In this document: piece after piece, positions 57,320-64,000 of the stretch
Position numbering within the stretch: position 1 is the first letter of the stretch
Layout: each line of letters starts with the position of its first letter
Assembly: GCF_000143415.4 (NCBI RefSeq)
Contig: NW_003314433.1
Span: forward strand, 109,375-173,374
Direction: 5' to 3'
DNA length: 64,000 nt
DNA from: Selaginella moellendorffii
Taxonomy: Eukaryota > Plantae > Lycopodiophyta
Program-made: the position numbers and the translations under genes
The notes under the pieces: generated by a model
Database searches by the model: none
What the model was told of the DNA's origin: nothing
The model's input: the letters and a program-made list of their open reading frames with translations, nothing else

Positions 57320-58282
57320 ATGGAGGAGGAGCGACGAGTGTGGATCCCCTGTTTGTCTGTCAAGGAGATCAAGGAGGCTCTCGCAGCGAAGCAGGACAAC
57401 AAGCGGCACTTCAATGCGATTGTGTTTCATTGTGGGAAGATCTGGAGGCTGGAGGCGCTTGACACATCCAAAGGTGAGTTTGTTGATGAGGTGAGTGCTA
57501 CCGTTGAGGGGTTTGGAGGCACAGAGGAGGATCTGATTGGTGTGCTCAACTGGTGCATTTCAAATCCACCCAGTTTAGACGGGGCTCTGGATGTGGGAGA
57601 TGCTCCTGGTGATGGCAGTTCGTCTGCTGCTGCTGCTGCTGCTCACATTGACATTCTCAAGACCGCTTTGGTACCACAGCTCGACATCAGATTCATCCAG
57701 TTCGCTGCCAGGGTCGCTTGTAGGTTGGGCATTCCCAGTGATCGAATGCAAAGGGTGGCAGAGGGCATTGCTCCTCCTCAGCAGGGACAGGATATTTGGC
57801 AGATTGAGGTGCAGAGGTTTGCAAAGCTTCTCATGACAGAGGAATTCAAAGTCTTGAAAGTGCTACGTTTCAATTGGCAAGGAGGCAAAGACATCCTCAC
57901 ACCACCTCAGGAGCTTGAGTTGGCCTTTGCTCAGCTCGACTGCTTGACAGAGCTTTGGTTGTACAGGGTTGGGAACCCAGAGACTCTCCTTAGCCAACTC
58001 CTTAGGAAACCAGGAAACAACTTGAAACGTCTCCAATTGCTGGGGAACAGGATGACAGTGGAAGGATTTGGGAAATTGAGTAGGGATCTGGCAAGTCAGG
58101 AGTGCAGGGTGGAAGAGTTAGTCATCGAAGATAACCACATTGGCAAGGAAGGGTGGGAACAGGCATTTCAGAGTGGCATTTGCATTAAGCTAGTAAAACT
58201 GGTGGCAACGTTTCGAGAGGAGGCAGGTGAAGCACTCTTCAAGGCACTCACTTGTTCAAACTGTTCGCTGCAAAGACTATAC
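57320..58282 (+). pseudogene. LRR-Roc-COR copy 4, interrupted in the LRR region by a DNA transposon
   Basis: Homology to copy 3 stops abruptly after CAAAGACTATAC (58282). Confidence 0.9.
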
Positions 58283-58824
58283 GGGCGCGGACCATACTTG
58301 AGCTCACGAGTTGAAGAGTTGAGCTCACGAGTTGAGGTCAATTTTCAATTGTAATTTAGTACGAACATTATAAATTTTAAAATTTTAAGGTTATGGCGAA
58401 CCTAATAATTTAATAACTCTCTATATATTATATAGATAAAAATGTTCTAAAGAACACATTTTGTTCTAATAATTTAAATATTTACTACATGCAATGATAG
58501 GGACATTTGTTAGAACATAAAATAAAATGTTTGAAAAAAGAGTATTCTTGTCACTTCTTTAAATTTGTACTCTATACTTTTTGGCTAGTAAATATTAGGT
58601 TTGTCAGAATTAAAAAATTATTAAATTTGAAATAAGATTCTATGTGAAACCATATAACCGTTTGAAAGGAAAAAAAATAACCGTTGATGTAAGTTTATTG
58701 CATATAAAAGAAAGACTTGGTTCTTTGTAGAATACATTCTTGAGGGGTTTGTCGTAGCATACTGTCTAGAATTTATAGATCTTCATTCACACTCTCATTC
58801 AAAAAAAGGGAAATACACCCACAA

Positions 58825-59277
58825 ATGTCTATGGGTTCTAGTGTTGGTAATTTTAACTCTCACAATCTTTCTTCCCAGAGCTCAAGGGCTAGGAGATGCA
58901 ATAACTATCCCATTGCACAGCATAACCAAATCACACAAGAGAATGAAAGAGAGGATAGTGAGGATAGTGATCATGAGTTGGAGATAAATGCAATGACAGA
59001 GGGTGCAACAAATTGGGTGAAAAAGAATGCCCTCTTACTTGTTTTAGAAAAGTGCAATTCTGCCACTTTCAAGAAGTGCCCCATATGTTTTCTAGCGTCT
59101 GGTGGAAACAATGGCAATGATCAGTATGATGGTATATATGCTCTTGCGACACACTGCAATATCACGCACCCGAAAGACTACCATGAAATCTTTTTTGAGA
59201 TGGTAAAGACAGAAATGGAGACACACGAGTACTATGAGCAGTATTGCGAGAAGAACACTCGGAAGCATATAAAATGA
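58825..59277 (+). CDS. Small transposon accessory ORF with a C2H2-type, zf-XS-like zinc finger, convergent with the transposase
   Basis: 150-aa ATG-initiated ORF in AT-rich DNA, containing CPIC..YDGIYALATH..H..H. Confidence 0.55.
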   Translation: MSMGSSVGNFNSHNLSSQSSRARRCNNYPIAQHNQITQENEREDSEDSDHELEINAMTEGATNWVKKNALLLVLEKCNSATFKKCPICFLASGGNNGNDQYDGIYALATHCNITHPKDYHEIFFEMVKTEMETHEYYEQYCEKNTRKHIK

Positions 59278-59368
59278 AAAGTGAAATGAAAAAGCACATT
59301 TGTATTAATTATATAAAGTATAATAAGTTTTATTAATAGAGAATAAACATCAATAGTGTTGGAGAAAT

Positions 59369-62300
59369 CTAATCAGCTCCAAAAGTTTTTTGCAACTCAG
59401 CAATAGTAAGGCTTGCTTGGTGTATATGAATATCCACTTTAGGATCCTGGTGCAAGATGTTGATGAAGATGTAGTACATATGCTTGCAAGGAGCATATGC
59501 CTTCCCATGTTCCTCGCGCTTCGTAAAGTCTGGACATGTGCAAGAAGGAAAGTCAATTGTGTACTCTTCACCTTCTGTTTTGACTATGTACTCCTTTGCA
59601 AGCGCAGTGATGTACTTCGTAGAGAGAATCTCACACTCAAGTGTTTGAGCCAAGTTTATTTTACCTTGTTTCTGCTTGGAGACGGTACCAATAAATTTAA
59701 CTGCTTTACCTTTTCGTGCTGGCCTCCTGTGCATCTCTGTAGGAATAGTCCTGCTCCTGTCACTCATGTCTCCAACTCTCCTCTCAAGATTAAAACCAGA
59801 TTTCTCAAGATTTTCAATCTCATCCGAGGTGAGCGCGACCCCATTAACAACCGGCCATTCTTTAGGTACTACATCAGGTTTAGTCACTATAGTGTCTTCA
59901 AGCCGCTTCGTATGGTTGGCGTCGGTGTTGCAACAATATAGCCAGCACCATCTTGAAAATCCTGCTTGCTTTCGTTCCCCATAGAAACATGGGGCTGGAA
60001 CAGAAGCAGATTTTTCACCACGAATCCAGGCCCAACACTTGCCCCTCGGAAGCATCCCCACACACCTTACATTTGATTTTGCTGGCACACGTCGGATTGC
60101 CCATTGCTTCGGCTCCACACTACGGTAAGCAATTTCAACCTGTTGCGATGCACTCTCTTCATCAGCCACTTGAGGTGGCTCAGTCCGAGAGCGGTGTCTT
60201 GGAGCAGAATGGTACTCGACATCAGGCCTGTGGGAGCTTTTTGCTCCAAGGTCCGTACCAACATCTTCCCCAGCAAAGGAAAAACGACGCTTTGAGCGGA
60301 CAGTCTTCATATCACTAATAGAAGCTCGGGGAGTGTACTCCATAGATGTGCCATGGACCACTTCCTCAACTGCAGTTGCCACTGTTCGGGCGGGTGGAGT
60401 TAATTTTCTCTTCATCCTATCATGTAACATCTCAACAAAAGGCCCTGTTCCCATGTATCTTCCTTCCTCGAATGCCAGTGCTTTTGAAGATTGCTCTATA
60501 GCACGTATCAAATCTGATAGACAGGCTTCGTATAGACTCATCTTCCCTTTCCCTGCCTCAGAGGAACGCCAACTCCAATGCTTACTTTCGGAGAGATTCA
60601 CAGTTGGGGTGTATGCGAGGTCCTCAAGTGGTTGATCCTAATGGAAAAGGCAATATTAAAAGGTAATAAAAGGAGAAGAAAAAATATAAACCAACCTGAA
60701 AAGAGTGATGTCCCCATTGGAACATCCTAACTTCCCACCATCCTAACCATGACTCAAGTTGTGGTAGGCAACTTACGTTTGTATGGCCATCTTCATGCCA
60801 CCACATTCGGATCTCGTTTGCTTTTGCCTCATGCTCTTCTTCAGAAGGTGCAACCTGCCATTGTTTGCACAACTCCTTAAATATTGATTGAAACTCTGGC
60901 TTGATAAGGTGGCAATGCTGGTTTAGGCTTTGAGCCCAATGGAACTCACAAGTCCTCTCACGACCTTCCAATGGTTGACCATTCCCAAAAACTGCTCGGA
61001 TACCATTCCAGTTTGCACCAACCCCATCTGCCATGAAACCACGAAAGTTTGCAGGCTTACCAGTCCGCTTTAGGACAATATCAGAGAGGGACTTCCAAAA
61101 TATTTCCTGTGCTGTCTGGTCTTGTACTTTAAACTCTGCTGTCGCAATTGTTAAGTTACAACGTAACCTATGAAAACATAAATATTATAACAATTTCAAT
61201 ATAATGAGAATAAAAATTACCTTGGATCATACACATGAGCTCCCATGGTTGTCCAACCGGATACACGCTCCATATGGTCAAAATGTACCCATGCATTTGC
61301 AAGGTCACTGGACCCAAACATGTCCATTCGGGAGACAAGATCTACGCCAGAGGCAGGGCCCATGGTAGACATTTTGAAGACGAAGGGGCGCTCTTGCTCA
61401 TTCACAACTTGGTCTGGAAACAAACTTTCGTGGATGAACTCGTATGGACAGGTCTGTTTCAATTCAAGGATGGAGTCAATTTTTGATTGCAACTTCCCCT
61501 CTCGAGATTCACACATCCAAGATTTTATCCTAAACAATATAATGTAAGAAAAAATTATTATTATAACGTATGAAAAATAATGGATGTACCTCCTTAGGCT
61601 AGTAGCAAGTTGTACTCCTCGTAGTAAGTCCCACAAGCTAGCCTCGTTTAGTTGAGTCTTTTGGCAACCTGGATTGAGTAAGGTATTTGTGATAAAATCC
61701 TTGAGGACGGTCTTCTGAACATGCTTCGGAGTTGCAGATGAATTTCTCATAGTCTCTTCCTGTACAGCATCTTTGAAACGGTTGAGAGAACTCCTTTGTA
61801 TCCCTTCCTGCATTGGATGCATATGTGTGCCAACATGCACTGCAGCTCTTCCAGCCACTCCATCCCGTGGAAGAAAGTAGTACATCTTGGCCTCGCAGAT
61901 AGCACGACATAGAGGAGCATTTTTGCAGAATCGACATTTGAATCCAACAGCAATGGTGTCACAGGCTGGAGGATTGACTGCAGACCCTTCGAAAAATATA
62001 GAGTTTCTAGAGCGGTCTCGATTGCATGCTTCATCCACACAATCTAAATGCCCGCCACAATGAACTATAGACACTGTGCCTTCAAAATGTTGGAAGTGTG
62101 TGGTTTTGATCTTGCACCAATTGTGGACATCCTGCTTGGTTTCCATCCCCTTCCGTTTGGAACCTGTGCTGCTGACAAGAGGTGGTAGCTCGAAGAAAAT
62201 GTTGCCGTTGTAGGAGGATGGAAGCTCACTCACAAGCCTATACAAAAACAAGTGCACGTCGATTGAGAGGCGTGAAAACTGGAAAGCATTGCTAATGGCT

Positions 62301-62707
62301 TTGAATATTGCTGAAGTTGGAGCTGGAGCTGTTGAATTTGGCGCCGACACTAGCATGACATCTTCACTTGAACTAGAAGAGGACAAGAGGATAACGATTG
62401 ACTCTTGCTTCACATTCACTTTGGCTGGAGCACATTTTGGCATTTTGACTGGAGATCCAAACACTCGAATCTCCTTCGACTTGGAATTTTGTAAATCCCA
62501 TTGTTGTCCACCCTCGCCCACACCAGAAATAAGAAACTCCGAGTATGCAACTATACCGGTGTCGTTGTGGATCACAGCCTCTAAAGAAATAGAGCCAAGA
62601 CGAAGATCAAAACGCCGACATAAAAAACTTTCAGAAACAATACTCTGAGAGAATGAAAGAGGTGGGTGATCTCGAAAATGAAGAAGAAACCTCTCCATCC
62701 TTCTCAA
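59369..62707 (-). CDS. MULE transposase with an N-terminal GCM/WRKY-like zinc domain and a C-terminal SWIM finger; about 4 exons, start uncertain
   Basis: Catalytic candidates VHFD, FMADG, CEFH (CxxH) and NLSES; SWIM finger CTCPDF..CKH. Predicted GT-AG introns at ~61530-61589, ~61168-61220 and ~60638-60695. Confidence 0.8.
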
Positions 62708-63599
62708 TAGGTTTTGGAGTTCTCTCTCTTTATGCTACTTGTAAAAATCTATAGTGAAACATAATTGAAATTTAAATAGAGTAATAAGAAGACAACGTAA
62801 AAAATGAATTTAAATTCTATAGCAAATTTAACATGTGTAAGTGTGATAGTATTAATATTACTGTCATCTATTATGATGTCTGATGCATGTATACATATAG
62901 ATCCAAGGAAAGATTTTCAGCACGTGAAGTTTGATAGTTAATAATGATACCAGTAATGACATTCTGCTATAACGTGTCAAACCAAGAGATCCAATCTAAC
63001 TATCAGTACGTGTGATATGTCAAGTTGTCAAATTTTAAGTGGTAGATGATAATAAATCTTGTCAAATCTTATTCTTCAATAACAGATTTGATTCGTAGTA
63101 CAACTCAAGTTTTATCCATAATTGTGAACACTGCTCAATGACATTTAAAGCACGTGCCTATTGTTTAGGATATAATACAGTACAAAATAAATTTCTGGAT
63201 GAGGATTCATCCATTCATAGATGGATATAGTACAACATATTTTAACATGCCTTATTTATACTCTTTGAAGTTCTTGTAACGATTCCAAAATATGTACAAA
63301 ATAGTGATGAGAATGCATCCTTTCTAGATAATTTGTAAAATATAATATCATATCTCTAATAACAGAAATGTTGATAGGTGCTAGTTATACCATCATTAAA
63401 ATATACAAAATAAAGAAGCATAATTTACATATAATAATAATGATAAGATAAAATAAGATCAAAGATATTGTGATGGTTGAGATTTAGGTTATTCGGAATG
63501 AACGGCCAGGATGAGAGATAGGTTAGGGTTAGGGCAGCCGTCAGGATTAGGGTTAGGGTAGCTGCCAAGATTAGGTTACTGTTCGCATCATGAGTGGAG

Positions 63600-63835
63600 C
63601 GCGCGAGAGATCGAGGGATTGAGCGCGAAGGAGATCGAGCGATTGAGCGTGCAAGAGATCGAGAGATTGAGCGTGCAAGAGATCGAGAGATTGAGCGTGC
63701 AAGAGATCGAGAGATTGAGCGCGCGAGCGGGAGAGATTGAGCGTGCGAGCGGGAGAGATTGAGTGCGCGAGCGGGAGAGATTGAGTGCGCGAGCGGGAGA
63801 GATTGAGTGCGCGAGCGGGAGAGATTGAGCGCACA
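63600..63835 (+). repeat. Tandem 24-bp (GAGATCGAGAGATTGAGCGTGCAA) and 22-bp (GCGGGAGAGATTGAGTGCGCGA) repeats, probably subterminal to the MULE
   Basis: Read directly from the sequence. Confidence 0.85.
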
Positions 63836-64000
63836 AGAAATCTAGCACGATCAAGAAATCGAGGGAGGAAAGATGCCGCCAAGGGTGAGTTTCGATTTGA
63901 TTGCTTCCACTTCCATTCCATTTCTTCCCTTTTTTTTTCTTGATTGCTTCTTTGCTGGCCAAGGTCGAGCTCGGGCAGGCCACCTCGGGCAGTTTGCTGC

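Larger units (their letters stand above)
58283..64000 (-). mobile_element. Mutator-like (MULE) DNA transposon; right end lies outside the window
   Basis: Starts with GGGCGCGG at the ROCO breakpoint. Subterminal direct repeat TTGAGCTCACGAGTTGA occurs twice (58298-58314, 58319-58335). It encodes a MULE transposase. Confidence 0.8.

Noticed and set aside
57187-57330. In-frame SPX-LRR-ROCO fusion protein
   Set aside because: The PHO1 exon ends in phase 0 and the nearest acceptor needs phase 1. The unspliced reading hits TGA.

Overview
Eukaryotic plant nuclear DNA with very short introns of about 50-60 nt. A compact early-diverging land-plant genome such as the lycophyte Selaginella fits, but that is inference. 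The window is a rearranged locus derived from one ancestral gene-dense block: EIN3/EIL -> sucrose-phosphate phosphatase -> PHO1-like -> <- kelch/DUF4110 gene, head-to-head with an LRR-Roc-COR gene. That block now forms two large palindromes (1-11461 and about 30028-53473). They share the same ~2.4-2.6 kb spacer, and their novel junctions are exactly reciprocal. The housekeeping genes are decayed. Four paralogues of an intronless TORNADO1-like LRR-Roc-COR (ROCO) gene lie two on each strand. One is intact (49089-53420) and three are disrupted. They differ mainly at the exposed xxLxLxx LRR positions and look mosaic, resembling a diversifying immune-receptor cluster. The transposons are two nested Ty1/Copia elements (18998-28302 and 20602-25346), a non-coding long-LTR element carrying a tRNA-iMet fragment (30202-37868), and a Mutator-like element (from 58283). 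The Mutator-like element has a GCM-like/SWIM transposase and a convergent small ORF resembling the SGS3 zf-XS finger.
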